DNA of 64,000 bases from Toensbergia leucococca (taxonomy: Eukaryota), in NCBI GenBank assembly GCA_022813965.1, contig JALDZS010000001.1, positions 62,001 through 126,000 of the forward strand. Direction: 5' to 3'. Position 1 is the stretch's first letter, and the number at the start of each line of letters is the position of its first letter. Below the pieces are notes generated by a model. It saw nothing but the letters and a program-made list of their open reading frames with translations, ran no database searches and had not been told where the DNA came from. Of this stretch, positions 1 to 13,364 are shown piece after piece. Both the position numbers and the translations under genes were made by a program.

Positions 1-598
1 ACTCGCATTTTCTGTCCTCCAATGACCCTTCCCCTGTTACGGAAAGAAAGCAGCCGCCACAGAGCAGTAATGAGGGGAGGAATGGTGGGATTTGTAGGCG
101 TATCAACGCAATACAGGATATGATGAAGCTTATGTGAGTATGACAGGTCAAGGCACGTGTCAGGATGATTAATGAGAGGGCTTTCTGTTGTCCAGGAGGC
201 TCTTTACAATGCTCGCTGCAGTCCAGCCCAAAACAATGGCAATTACACAGTAACGCACTTCTTTAGCAATTGATACAGTAGAGGGAGAAATATCAACAGA
301 ATGTCTAATGTTCAACGTCGTAAAAGCAACTGAGTGTCGCAGTGCAACATCGGAAAGGTCCATGTTGGCCAAATTACCAGCTTCCCATTGGCGATATCTT
401 ACCTGTTACGTATGATACCCGCTAGCCGTCCAACGAAGATACAGGGGTAAGCTCTGACATCACGTGTGTTTCATGCTTTAAGGTTATTCTATCCGTAGCA
501 TCTTGGCATCTTGGCACTACTGCACTCGACTGGAACATCAAGCGACTTCTAGCTAGGATATTTGCATGCTTCTGCCTTTCCATTTTGCCAATGTCTCC

Positions 599-2367
599 AT
601 GGCTGAATTCCACCCTTCGATAGCACAGTGTGCTATCGTCGCCACCGCATTCAAAATTTTACTTTTTCCCGCATAGTACGTCATCAACTCTTCAGAATCT
701 CGAAAGCGCCGCGCTCACATCACTGTGGCAGCAAGTCTACTGATTTTGAGGTCCATCGCAATTGGCTGGCAATTACCTATTCCGTGCCAGTCAGCAATTG
801 GTACTTTGAGGTACTTCACCAGTCTCCATAGACTCTTCTCACCATCATAAATTGACTTTCTTTGGACAGAAAACATCAGAATGGACTCTCGATTATCCAC
901 CTTTTTTTGCCTACTTCGAATGCCTACTTTCCCAGATCGCCCAGTACGTCGACTTAGCCATGCTGGAGGTGAAAAATCTTGGCTATGAAAGCTGGCAGAC
1001 AGTCTACTTTCAGCGCGCAACAGTCATTGTCACCGAATTGGTACTGGTGTATGCCCTCAATGAGTGCGCCTGATCCAATGCCATTAATCGAATCGTGAAA
1101 CTAAGGTCGAAGGTCAGATATGTTCAAACATCTCTGTCACCGTCGAGAAAGACATCGCACGCGGCAGCTTTATCAATACTTCTGTCTCCAGGGCTTTTGA
1201 TCATCGACCACATCCACTTCCAGTACAACGGCTTCCTCTACGGTATCTTGATCTTGTCCTTGGTATTAGCCCGCAAACAGTCAACAATACTTCTCAGTGG
1301 TTTTCTCTTTACCGGCCTGCTCTGTCTCAAGCACATATATTTATATCTTGCACCGGCCTACTTCGTCTACTTGCTTCGAGCATACTGCCTCGGTCGCAAA
1401 TCCCTGTTGCAAGTCAACTTTGGTAATTGTGCAAAGCTGGCAGCTGGTCTCGCGATTATCTTTGGGATTTCGTTCGGTCCTTTTGTGTGTTGGGGTCAGC
1501 TTGACCAGCTGCTGGGTAGACTCTTTCCATTCTCACGGGGCCTTTGCCACGCATATTGGGCTCCAAATGTATGGGCGATGTATTCGTTCTCTGATCGGAT
1601 GCTCATATATGGTAAGTCTGCAAGCTACATGCGCATACCATTGCTGACGTCTTCAGTGGCGCCAATGCTGGGACTGAAAGTCAACCAAGACGCTGTCAAT
1701 AGCGTCACACGAGGCCTTGTAGGAGACACTTCGTTTGCTGTCCTACCAGGCGTATCGCCAAGAACGACATTCGTCTTGACGCTGTCATTTCAAATAGTAA
1801 GACAGTTCTGTTCCAACATTCGGGTCCTTGACTGATGAATCGTAGATCAGTCTGAGTAAGCTGTGGTTACGACCTACATGGGAGACTTTCGTTGGTGCCA
1901 TCACCTTGTGCGGCTATGCTTCTTTTCTGTTTGGTTGGCATGTTCATGAAAAGGCCATCCTGTTGGTAATCATACCATTCAGTCTACAGGCATTGAGAGA
2001 CCGACGATACCTCGGGGCTTTTCGACCTCTGGCTGTGGCAGGACATGTGTCCTTGTTCCCTCTTCTGTTCACGGCGGCAGAATTCCCCATTAAAACTGGA
2101 TACACAGTCCTTTGGCTGTCGCTCTTCCTCCTGGTATTCGATCGTCTTGCCCCAGTTTCTCCCCATGCTCGAGTCTTTCTACTCGACAGATTTTCAGTTC
2201 TCTATATCAGCATTTCTATTCCACTCGTCATCTATTGCTCTCTAGTCCATAAATTGGCATTTGGGCATAGGCTTGAGTTTCTACCATTAATGTTCACAAG
2301 CTCTTACTCGGCGATCGGGGTGGTTGCGAGCTGGCTAGGATTTCTAGTCGTGTACTTTACTTCGTGA
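599..2367 (+). CDS. ALG8: Dolichyl-P-Glc:Glc1Man9GlcNAc2-PP-dolichol alpha-1,3-glucosyltransferase (multi-exon)
   Basis: Spliced reading MAEFHPS...[18 protein letters not shown]...[21 protein letters not shown], plus [26 protein letters not shown] and [12 protein letters not shown] motifs of the ALG6/ALG8 family; GT-AG introns. Confidence 0.93.
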
Positions 2368-3423
2368 ATTGCTAGATACCCCATCGGTTAGTCATTATCA
2401 TAGAGCCTATGATTGTGAGGCTTGGATCATAGCTGAGATAAATTAAGCGTGACCGTACCAGAATTTCTTGCCTGCAGTAGCTGTACCTACGTAAAAGTAA
2501 AAGCAGCAATGAGAATTGAGACTAGGGAGGGATATAAGCTGATATTGGAACGGACAAAGTAAGAAGGGTTTAATGAGAGGATCATGCTGACTGATCTTGG
2601 GAAGATGATTTCGACGGAAGTCAAACCATGTATTGTTGACTGGATGAAGTCAGGCCGGAGCATAACGTTGAAGTGCCACTGCAAGGGCATTAGCAAAGCC
2701 TGAGTTGTGGGCTCACACTTGGTCATTTGACTTTGTGAAAAATACATGGTCAGACTGGGTAGACTTCTAGGATTCCAACGAGTCCGAAAAGGTCATATGT
2801 GGTTGTCCGTTGGTCGCATGGCCATGAGGAAGTACATACACAAAGCGAGGGGGAGGAAGTTGGGTGAAAATGCGGCCGGTTGTGGTCAAATAAGCTTCTT
2901 ACTAGAGCCCGAAACGTTAATGGGCCTCCTTCAAGCTAGTACTTACCCGCATTATTGCTTTATTGCCCACTGCCATTTTCCATTTTCCATTTTCCTCCTC
3001 GCTACCTATGGCCTACCCCGACCCAACGTCACCTCATGTCCACTCTCTGCCCACCTCGTCCACCATCATCATCACTCTGCTCAACTTCCATCACTCACCC
3101 CCTATTACACGTCCCGAAGCCCTAACACGCGTAAAACACCTCCTCCGTAAGTTTCCAGTCATTGATACCACTCAAACCCTCTCCGTTTCCTGTTCTGCTC
3201 TGCTTTGAGCTAAACCCTACGCTCTCTGTCTCCATCAGAATTTCAGTTAATACAGTCAAGATCATTTCATTCACTGTTACTTTCTAAAACCCTAATTCAT
3301 ATATCGACGCACTAATCATCCCACTGCACCTCAACTAACACACGTATCCTCTCAGTGTCCCAGATCAAGTCTTGGATGTACAAGCACCATATATTGAAGA
3401 CTTCCAAGCGATAGAACTCCAAG

Positions 3424-6400
3424 ATGGTATGGACTGCTTTTCTACTGAAAGATGGTCAACTAAAGATATTTCAGGTGCTCTTCAAGCGGAAACCCGTTCA
3501 ACTTCTTACCCGGCCGCCCGGGCCGCCAATCCATGAGGATCAAGAAGTCTGTTCTCTGAGCCTGTATTTTAGTGTATTGCTGATATTGATTTCAAGGTAT
3601 GGTCGATCGAAGACACGGACGAGGTGTTCACCACTTACGAGGACTATTTGCAGCGGTAAGTTTGTGCGTCAAGTCTTGTCCAAGTAGGGCTATGGCTGAT
3701 GTCATTAGCATGGACTTTCTCAAACAAGTAAGCATACTTTTCGCAGATCCTTCATGTCAAGTTACCCCTGGATTGATCTAAATCCTAGAAAAAGTTCATT
3801 TGCCCCATCACCGGCCATTCTGGATTAAGCTTCTTCGATGCGAAACAGAGCGAGGTAAGTCTTATTCATACTTATCGTCATCGTCGACGGCCTAGAAAAT
3901 TATTATGGGTTGATGTATGTCTGACAATTCATAAGATGAATGCATCCGGCGAGGTTGAAGATGCCTTCCCTGATGCTTTGAGAGAACCCATCCTCCGGAA
4001 AGTACAATTTTCAACAATATCGAGGATAGACAATTTAGGTAAGCAATGCCTATCTTCACGATGATTGTCTTCAGTGCTGACCATCTCTAGTGGATCACAT
4101 TTTTGAGGTTTGATTTTTCTTTACCTCATCACCTGGAACGCATAATGTTAACTTTTCCAAAGATCTTTAGACGAGACTTCTACCCCGGTGAGAATGTCAC
4201 CGTCATACTTGACGGTGGCGAACGATTAAATGGTCTTGTCCGAGAAAAGACCAAATTTCCTGAAATTATCAGAGCAGATGGTACTAAGGACCGCGAAGCT
4301 TTCGTACGCTACTTTGTTAGCCTAAAAAGCAGGCCCGGCGAAGAAGCACTCGTCGACGAAGAGCACATTACTCGTGATAGAAAGACCTTCACTAAGCAGA
4401 GGCTACGATCATTTATTAAGAATACTGTCGATCGTGAGGCTTGGACCGGTGCGCCTTGGATCGTTAGGACCGAAATTGCTAACCAGTATCGAATCAACAC
4501 TGAGGTTCCAGCTCATCTAGAGTATGACAATCAGGTCGCTTTGAGAAAAGCAAATCATAGCCATAAGAAAGGTGAATACGATGGAATGCTCATGAATTTC
4601 TCGGCTAGCCAGCGTTTACCAGAACTCAAGCCAAAGAGCCATAAGAGCAAGAACGCCCAAGACCCGGGCCGTACAAGACAGGAGCAAGTCTTCGAGTTCC
4701 AATATGCCTTGACGGGTAACCCAGCTTTTGGAAAGGTTCCCCCGCCAAACCACCCTCAATTTAGTCAATTTATAAACAATCATCCTGGATTTGGCGGGTT
4801 TCCGCAGCTTCCGGGTAAAAATCAGTTCAAACCACTGCCGACGCCCCAGATAAAGTATCCGATTGAAGATCTCGAGATACCTCCCTTACGAGATGGGGCT
4901 AATCGTCCTGCCCTGAAATTCTTGTGCCAAGATCCCCCCAGTCTCGAGGCAACGTCCGAGCTTCCTAGTGACGGTATCTTGATGAAATCTGTTGGACCTC
5001 TTCTGGAGACTTGGAATACTTTGAACGTTTACTGTGAAGTCTTCCAGCTGGATTCTTTCACATTCGATGACTATATCGACGCCTTGCAATTTTCGTCTGA
5101 GAATGTCCAATGCCAATTGCTTGTTGAAATTCATTGTGCCGTGCTGAAGAAGCTAGTCAATGACGTAAACGATAAAAACGGTCAAGTACAGGTGTCGCTG
5201 CCTGAGCTTGCACAACATGAGGACGAGGAGAATGATTCGATGCGAGATAGTAGCACTGCTCATACTCCAACACCAGAACCTAATGTCAAGCCTTCCGGCC
5301 GCACAACCAGGAGCAGCCTTGCAAAGTCAGGAGCAAGCGAAATTAAGGATTCAGTCGATGACGCTAGATCATCAACAGCAGACTCAAAACATCATCGGGG
5401 TGCCGAGGTGGATCAATCAACTCGCATGTACGACTGGAAGATGCGGCTTCGGAAGCGGGACTTCCATGAAGGGAGATGGGTGGTCATTGTGGTTGGTCTT
5501 TTAAATCAGCTTTCCGGTAACAATCGTCTTCGAAAGGTCTGCGATGAGATCCTCGTTCAGTTGGCTCCTCTTGATCGGGAACCAACACCAGAAACAGCCA
5601 TTTCCCAGTACGCCAATATTAACATCAACCTGCGCATCAGCATAATCCAGATTCTATGCATGCTGTCACTTGAGACAAAAGCAATACGAGGGTACATGGA
5701 AGATTGTAATAACCAAATGACCGAGTATCGTAAAGAAAAGATTGATCTCCAGCGAGCTCGAAAAACGGCGTAAGTTGATTTCCTTCCGTGAGTATTCTAT
5801 TTCTAATGACAGGTAGTGTGGAAGAAATGCGGGTTCTACATGAAGACCGAAAGGCGTTACAACCTAATACTAATCCACCATCACCACTCGCTGAGCTTGA
5901 GGAGCTCGAAGACGGCAGGGTTGAAGGTTTAGATGAAGAAGGCGGCGACGAGGATGAGATCATGGATAGTGACGATGAAGAGCCAATCCGAGGACGTTCA
6001 CTTCGTCGCGCCAATGATAGAGCTCTGGAGAGGAAGAGGAAACAGGATGAGGAAAAAGAAAGGAAGGAGAGAGTCCAAGCTGAAAAGGCTAAGAAGCCAA
6101 CGAAGCAAGCAAAGCAGCTTGAAAGATTGACCAAGAAAATCGACGATACGAAAGATAGGGTCAAGGAATTGGAGGAGGAAGTAGTAACGATCGAGAACGA
6201 CCTTAGGGAAGCCGACTGCCCAAGGACGAGAGTACTCGGCAAAGACCGCTTCTGGAACCGATACTATTGGATGGAGCGTAATGCGATGCCGTACGCAGGA
6301 TTACCTGACAGTTCGACTGCGGACGCTGGCTATGCAAATGGATGTATATGGGTACAAGGTCCTTACGATCTCGAGAGACAAGGTTTCATCGAGCTCTCTG

Positions 6401-6933
6401 AGTCGGAGAATGCACAGTATAGGAGGGCTTTTCAGATGAGCGTTCCAGAGCGTAAGTTGCTAGAGGAAGGGAGTACACACGTCTTTAGTGCATGCCAATG
6501 GGGGTATTACGATGATCCAGATCATCTTGATATGCTCATTGGCTGGCTCGACGTCCGAGGCACACGTGAGAGCAAGCTACGTAAAGAGCTTCAAGCGCAA
6601 CGAGACAAAATAAGCATGTACATGCAGAAACGAAAGGAATATCTGGCAGCAAACAAGGACAAGAAGTCGGAATCCTGCGAGCCAACAAGCCGAATATCAA
6701 CTCGTACTAAGACATACATTGATCCATCTGGGCATCGATGTCTCGCGTGGAGGAATGGAACGGCATTGAGGGAGCTAGGACACCTTCACTCGGAGCCAAG
6801 ACTTCTACAGAAGAAGCAGACGCAGACGGTGAAGGCGACGAAGAAGGCTATTGAGGAGGAAGGCCGACAAACGCGTGCTACCAACCGTAATGGCAAAGGC
6901 ATCTCACGACAAGGGACTCGCTACAGCTTTTGA
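3424..6933 (+). CDS. ITC1: ISWI chromatin-remodelling complex subunit Itc1/ACF1-like (WAC, DDT, WHIM/WSD domains; many small 5' exons)
   Basis: ATG-only first coding exon spliced to VLFKRKPV (WAC start); DDT segment GPLLETWNTLNVYCEVFQLDSFTFDD; LGKDRFWNRYYW and WGYYDD...WLDVRGTRESKL motifs. Confidence 0.88.
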
Positions 6934-7454
6934 TCGACCGTCTTGTGATGGAAAAATGAATGGCTTTATTTGGCTCTTAGGTATTTCTTTAGCAAGGAGT
7001 CGGTCGCATCTAGGAGTCGGTCGCATCTCAGGAGTGCTTCGGTTTCACGAATCACGACAGGAATGCTGGATCAAATTGGCGTTCAAAGGGCATAGACCCT
7101 TCTCGGTTCTGGAGTTGATCGACTTGCATGTCTTTAAGTGGGCAGATTTTGTGCTCAGGCATGGATGGTACGGGCATACGGGCAGATGGCGTCGTACGAG
7201 ATGTCTTGGGCACTGAAATCTTGGCCAACATTCGTGTACATTTAAATAGAATAGATTCAGATGACTCGACTCAAGAACCAAAAGCGTACAGTCCATCAAT
7301 TCCGGTGAGGCATATCTACTCGTAGTGAGTCGTTTCGATTATGTGTCGAGGCGTCCTAGAATACCAAACGTCATTGGTGTATTTAATTGAGGAACCTATG
7401 TTATTCTTCGGATTGGCCTGTCTCCTGCCCACCAGAGTAAGTTGGACATAGTTC

Positions 7455-9001
7455 ATGGCATCGAATGACCCTAGTCGAAGAGGTAATATCCAATCTCGCG
7501 AAAGCTCTTCAGTGCGTCACCATGACAGTCACTGATGCCACTGTAGCATCAATAGCTTCAAGCTCCAGCATGAGCCTCATCGATCCGGCTGTAGTCGCCA
7601 AGAAGCTTCCTAAAAAGGATAGCAAGCCAGGCAAGATCACATTGAAGAAGACTATCTTTAAGAAGACGGACGTTAAAGATGGTGACATTGGTACGAGTAC
7701 CTGTCTCTCGAAATCTTCAAAGTGTCTACGTTCACAAAGTACTGAGGACGAGATGGTAATCAAATAGACACAAATATCACCCGCAGTGCCTCCCCGGACT
7801 CGCCTCTAGTCAACGACATTGATCCCGAGCTGAGAGCCACCTTCCCCACCGGCCGCCCCATGGAAGATCCACTCGAGCTCATAACATGCAAGCACTGCAA
7901 AAAGTCCATGCCCAAATCTACCGCGGTCGAGCACATCGAACTTTGTCTCCAGAAGAAACAAGAGCGAGCACGTAAGAAGAAGGAGGCCAAGGAGCGGGCC
8001 AAAGAATCCAAAGACAAGAGCGAGGACAAAGACGGCGATATACCCATGGAAGAGTCAGCGCTGACAACAAAAGCCGGTGGCGATGGTGCCGACGGTGCAC
8101 CTAGTGAGAAAATCGTCAAGACCGCTAAAGAGAGCGCCGGCAAGGCCACGACAGACGATACACCGGCGGGACCTAAGAAGGGCAAAAAGCGCAAGGCGGC
8201 CGACGAGGAAGGCGAGAAGGAGCCGAAGAAGAAAAAGGCCAAAAAGGACGACCCGCCAAAACCGAAGATGCCTAAACCCAAAGGCCCCGTCGACGTTGAA
8301 AAGCAATGCGGTGTCCCCCTCGCAAACGGCGCCTACTGCGCCCGAAGCCTCACCTGCAAATCCCACTCCATGGGCGCCAAGAGAGCTGTTCCGGGTCGAA
8401 GCCTTCCCTACGATCTTCTCCTCGCCGCCTACCAGAAGAAAAATCAAGCCAAGCAGCAAAGTAAGAGACTTTTCTTTCATCCAACTCCTACCCACCCCTC
8501 CATAGACCCATCCCCCGATTTGCCAAAATCGGGTTTTGCTAACAGCCACGCGCAGAAGCGGCCATCGACGCCAACGCGCCCCTGGCAGACGACTTCGAAA
8601 CCAGCGGCCCTGTCGACTCGGACGAGGAAAAAGACGCTGTCATGGCCGCTATTGCGCGCTCGCGGCCCAAACCCCTTGAGCAGCACCTGTTCGTGTCGGT
8701 GAAGCGCAAGTACACGTACGTGCGTATGAAGGAGATGCTGGGGAATGCTCTGGGCGGGAGTCGGGGCGGCGGGCTGTTTGGGAGTGCTGGTGGTGGCGGT
8801 GAGGGGATAGGGAAGACTGGGGGCGATGGGACGACGACGGTGCTTTCACCTGTTGGGGTAGCGGCCGGTGGGGAGGGTGATTCGTCGAGAAGGTCGTCGC
8901 TTATGATGCAGGCTGTTGGTGTTCCTGGGAGGGGAGTTGGGGTGGGCGGATTGGCGCCGCCGTCGAGGAAGGCGTCGACGGCGAGTACGGCTACGCAGTG
9001 A
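7455..9001 (+). CDS. SGF73: SAGA deubiquitination-module subunit Sgf73/ataxin-7 (SCA7 zinc finger); 5' exons approximate
   Basis: CKHCKK...HIELC finger and SCA7 motif PVDVEKQCGVPLANGAYCARSLTCKSHSMGAKRAVPGRS; intron from 8461 joins to KAAIDANAP. Confidence 0.9.
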
Positions 9002-9490
9002 GTGCGCTGGGGATTGAAGCAAGTGACAGAATTTACGTCTCTGACTCGAGCGTGGCTTTGGAAGGAAGGGATTGGGCTGGGGGAGTTTTTATGCATTGCT
9101 ACGGGAATGGGAGTGGTGAGTGGCGCTTCAGATTCGAGGGCTTTAGGGTAGATACCCAGGTGAATTTTCCAAGATGGGATAGGTACGCAGATGGAGTCAT
9201 TGGCACAATGGTTGATTCGTTTAGGGAACGCCTAGCTTCTGGCTTTTATGAATGAGAGGCCTTGCATCTATTCCGCTACTTTGTAAAAAATAAGTTATGA
9301 ACCCTCTATTACTGTGGTATCTCGTCTATTTAGCATAGCGACAAAAGCACAAGGCAGATACTCGGACTATTAGCACTCCGTCAAGAGACACATGATATCG
9401 TGACATCCTTCCTCCTCACCACCAAGAGCGCTACCCAAACCGTGCCCTCTTCAGCAAAGGCAGAAGAAAACGTCATGAAAGTTCCGTCAT

Positions 9491-11335
9491 CTACGGTGTG
9501 CACCGATTGGTAAAACGAGGATAGAGGCAGCACTCGCGAATCGTGTAGCGCCCACACAACCAAGCCAAGAACCGCTCGAGTCCGAGTCCGTATCCGCCGT
9601 GCGGCGAGGTGCCGTACCTGAGTTTCACACGTTAGCAGATGCTGTTGAGACAATCGTTTTTCTGGAAAGCAAAAGCATGGTTGAAAAAATTCACTCACTT
9701 TCTTTGATCCGTATACCAATAATACGGCGCTGGATCGATGCCCTCACGCGCATATGCAGCCATCAACTCGTCGTAATCCTCCATACGCATGCTCCCGCCG
9801 ACAATCTCGCCGACGCCCGGCATCAGGCAGTCGACACTCTCCGTCACGCGCAGGTCCTCAGGGTCCTTCTTCATGTAAAAGGCTTTGATGGCGACTGGGA
9901 AGTGCGTGAGGAAGATGGGGCGGTCGATGATATCGGTCATTTTGCGCTCGGCGGCTTCGGCGATGTCGTCGCCGAATGTGTGAGGTTCGTCCTCTTCGTT
10001 GTTGATCGAGTGCTCGCGGAGCCAGGTGATGGCGTCTGCGTATTTCATGCGCATAAAGGGGCGGGTGGGCACCTTGAACGCCGGGTTGAGTTCGTGGACG
10101 AGTTTGGCGGTTTGCGGGTGGGCGAGGGCGATTTCGATGACGCGGCTCATGACTAATTCGAGGTGGGAGAGGAGGTCGTCAAAGGTAATGAAGTCGAGTT
10201 CGGCTTCGATGTGCGTATATTCTGAGAGGTGGCGACGGGTATGGGCTTTCTCGGCGCGGAAGGAGGGTGCAACGCAAAAGACGTTGCCGAGGGAGGGGAG
10301 GCAGGTTTCGAGGTAGAGCTGGGAGGATTGGGTGAGATAAGCTTTTTCGCCGTAGTAATCGAAGGCGAAGAGAGTAGCGCCGCCTTCGACTTGCGTTTGC
10401 ACCATACAGGGAGGCGTGACTTCGAGGCAGCTAGGAGAGATTTCTTCGTAGGTTTGCCGGAAGGCACGTAGGACTGCGGCACGTACTTTCATTACTGAGG
10501 AGGAGTTCTCGCCACGCAGGACTAGGTGTCGGTTGTCGTAGAGGGTTTGCGGGTCTGAGTCTGGGGCTACGCGGGTGGTGATGGCTTCTTTGTCGCCAGC
10601 GGCTTTACCAATTACCACGTAGTAGTCTGCATGGAGCTCGCGGTCGTCTGGGGCATGTTGTTTGGGGGGAACCTCCCACATTTCGCCATAGATCTCAATT
10701 GAGGTCTCGAGGGTGAGGGTAAGGGCGTCGTAGGTTTTGACCAAGTCTCCTGTGAGCACGCATTGCAGAAAGCCGTAGCCGTCTTGGAGGGTGACGAAAA
10801 TTACATCTTTCTGAGTACGTAATCGATGCACACGACCGGTAACGCGAACTCTTGAGCCTCGACCTTCGCTGTAGTCTACATCTTTCTCGCTGGTGCCGCT
10901 TCTGAGTTTGACGATTTTTGGGTCTTTCTCGTTAAGCAATATCTTGGTAGCGTGGGGCAAGCTGGAGTCTTGTGTAATCTTGATTTTCATGGCTTCTTGG
11001 AGACTTTCTTGACGCTTCTCGGCCTCTTTCTTCTCGCGTATGGCTATCTCATCCCCTTTCGCTACTTTCTTCTTGTGTTGTTCATAGAGGTTCGTAACTT
11101 TTTTGAGAGCGGATTTCGTGGCGGGTTTCCACTCATGCCGTTCTGCTGGATCACCATCTTTGCCGACGGGTCCCGTCTCAGACTTTCGAGTGAAGTATTG
11201 AGGACCTTCTGAAGGAGTAGGGGGATGTTGGATGTGGGCGAACAAAAGAGTCTTGAAAGGGGACTGCTCGGTACCTTCTGCAGATGGGTCGTCTTTACCG
11301 ACGTCCTCGTCGACGTATACGTCTTTCCCTGCCAT
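9491..11335 (-). CDS. DED81: Cytosolic asparaginyl-tRNA synthetase (2 exons)
   Basis: Class IIb motifs [43 protein letters not shown]; after an intron (about 9618-9696) the last exon reads [41 protein letters not shown]. Confidence 0.95.
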
Positions 11336-11597
11336 GGTAAAAAATGATTGATGACCAATTGAGAGAGGAAGTCCACTTCAATACTTGTACAACTATTTTT
11401 GAATTGAGTCACACCCATGTCAGTGCGTCAGAAGTACGGAGACGGGTGAATTATTTTCCACAGCGAATAAATGGCGTGTGTTGCAAAGACTAGCATCCAT
11501 ACGGCGCCCTTTTCGCAATTTCCTTGATTCCTCAGCACTCCCTCCTCCACCACAGCGTGTCCAGTATCAAATATGTCTCATAGACAGCGAGCTCACA

Positions 11598-13193
11598 ATG
11601 GACTACGAACTCATCCCCCGACCCTCCTTTGAATCTAATGGCTCATCCCATCTAGATGATGCCCAACTCGACTCTGAAAACCCTAAAGACATTTCCAAAG
11701 TCTACCTCCGTCGTTTGCTTCCCAGGTCGTTACTCAACTTGCTCCCTCTACGCCTCAAGCTCATCTTCAATAAAATAAAATTCCGACAGAAACACTCAAG
11801 GAAACTAAGGCAACGTAAGAAATATCAACCTAGGTCTTCAGTGCGACGAATCTGTGCTATTTGCAACGTTTTCTTAGCTATCACTCTTGGCTTGATAGTA
11901 CTATTTGGATTATTTCTACCGTCATATACCTACCCACCTGCCCACTATCTAGCTTTGAGTCAAAAGGCCTACCGATCTACAGACAATGGTCGCGTGAACA
12001 AAGATAATGAGAAGGTGTTCATCGCCGCCAGCATATACGATAATGGGGGCTATCTAGCGGGTGGAGCATGGGGGAAGGCAATCTTAAGTCTCGTCCATCT
12101 TCTAGGTCATGAGAATGTATTTTTGAGTATTTATGAGAATGATGGTGGTGTCGAAGGGCAGGCAGCTCTCAAGGCGTTGGAGCTCGATACCACATGCAAT
12201 CACAGTCTGATTTTCGAGGAGCACCTACCGCTCGAGGATATTCCTCGAATCACCTTGCCTGACGGCTCCAAAAGAGTAAAACGCATGTCATATTTAGCAG
12301 AAGTGCGAAATCGAGCCCTTCTCCCGCTGGATGAGACATCTGCTATTATCTACGATAAGCTGCTGTTTTTGAATGATGTCGTATTCGATCCCGTGGATGC
12401 TGCGCAGCTGCTGTTTTCGACCAATGTGAATGGTCAAGGTAAGGCCACCTACGATGCTGCTTGTGCTGTCGACTTCATCAATCCGTTCAAGTTGTACGAT
12501 ACTTTTGCCACGCGTGATTTCGAAGGTTACAGTATGGGCCTTCCCTTCTTCCCATGGTTTTCCAGTGCTGGCCATGGCATGAGCCGGCAGGACGTTCTGG
12601 CGGAGAAAGATGCAGTGAGGGTAAAGAGTTGCTGGGGCGGAATGGTAGTTTTCGATGCCAAATGGTTCCAGGCTTCCAAGTCTCAGAAGAATGCTGTAAA
12701 AGCAGAGTCTTACGGGTATGACCCTGATACAGACCGAGACATGAGGAATGCAATGCTGCACTGGGACGATGCAGATGCTGACCTAGCCTTGAACGTTCAA
12801 CTTACTTCGCAACCGATTCGATTCCGGGCTGAACCTGACCTTTATTGGGACGCATCTGAATGCTGTCTCATTCATGCCGATCTTCAGAGCACTATTGCGA
12901 GTAATGCTATGAATGAAACGAAGGGCATCTATCAAAATCCTTTTATCCGTGTTGCCTATGACTCGAGGTCACTAGGGTGGCTTCGATTTACTCGGAGGTT
13001 TGAACGTCTGTATACTGTACCACACGATGTGATAAACCATTTGGTAGGACTACCTTGGTTCAATCCTCATCGTGGAGATAAGGAGCGGGAGGGAGGCTTT
13101 TGTGGGATGCGTACGCTGCAGCTAATCAAGGATGTTCCAAGGAAGGGAGAAAGGAATTGGGAGTCAGTATCTGTTCCAGCTTTAGTTTCTTGA
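11598..13193 (+). CDS. GT69 / cryptococcal mannosyltransferase-1 (CAP59-like) type II membrane glycosyltransferase
   Basis: Single TM helix followed by VFLSIYEND, R...YLAEVRNRAL.PL, LFLNDVVF, AACAVDF, FATRD, VKSCWGG and ASECCLIHAD; first ATG at 11598. Confidence 0.85.
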   Translation: MDYELIPRPSFESNGSSHLDDAQLDSENPKDISKVYLRRLLPRSLLNLLPLRLKLIFNKIKFRQKHSRKLRQRKKYQPRSSVRRICAICNVFLAITLGLIVLFGLFLPSYTYPPAHYLALSQKAYRSTDNGRVNKDNEKVFIAASIYDNGGYLAGGAWGKAILSLVHLLGHENVFLSIYENDGGVEGQAALKALELDTTCNHSLIFEEHLPLEDIPRITLPDGSKRVKRMSYLAEVRNRALLPLDETSAIIYDKLLFLNDVVFDPVDAAQLLFSTNVNGQGKATYDAACAVDFINPFKLYDTFATRDFEGYSMGLPFFPWFSSAGHGMSRQDVLAEKDAVRVKSCWGGMVVFDAKWFQASKSQKNAVKAESYGYDPDTDRDMRNAMLHWDDADADLALNVQLTSQPIRFRAEPDLYWDASECCLIHADLQSTIASNAMNETKGIYQNPFIRVAYDSRSLGWLRFTRRFERLYTVPHDVINHLVGLPWFNPHRGDKEREGGFCGMRTLQLIKDVPRKGERNWESVSVPALVS

Positions 13194-13364
13194 TGGTATT
13201 CTGGATCAGAGTATTTCATATTCGAAATGTTGAGTGCGCAGGCGTCTTGAAAATCTCATAATTGTATTCTGCCGCGGAAAATTGAAGTTCGCAGGCGTCT
13301 CAAATACTCACTTTGTCCACTGTGCACCACTTCGAAACATCAGCACACAACCATTACTATCAAA

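Noticed and set aside
1..590. Short minus-strand ORFs at the window start
   Set aside because: No recognisable product; probably promoter/UTR of a gene outside the window
2487..2830. Minus-strand splice-like signals and 86-aa ORF between ALG8 and ITC1
   Set aside because: Donor is weak and no coherent spliced protein results; insufficient support
6995..7028. 17-bp tandem duplication AGGAGTCGGTCGCATCT x2 in the ITC1 3'UTR
   Set aside because: Ordinary slippage duplication with no further structure
7760..10482. Long antisense and alternate-frame ORFs over SGF73 and AsnRS (also over Pol X and PUS1)
   Set aside because: Shadow ORFs caused by GC-rich codon bias of the real genes
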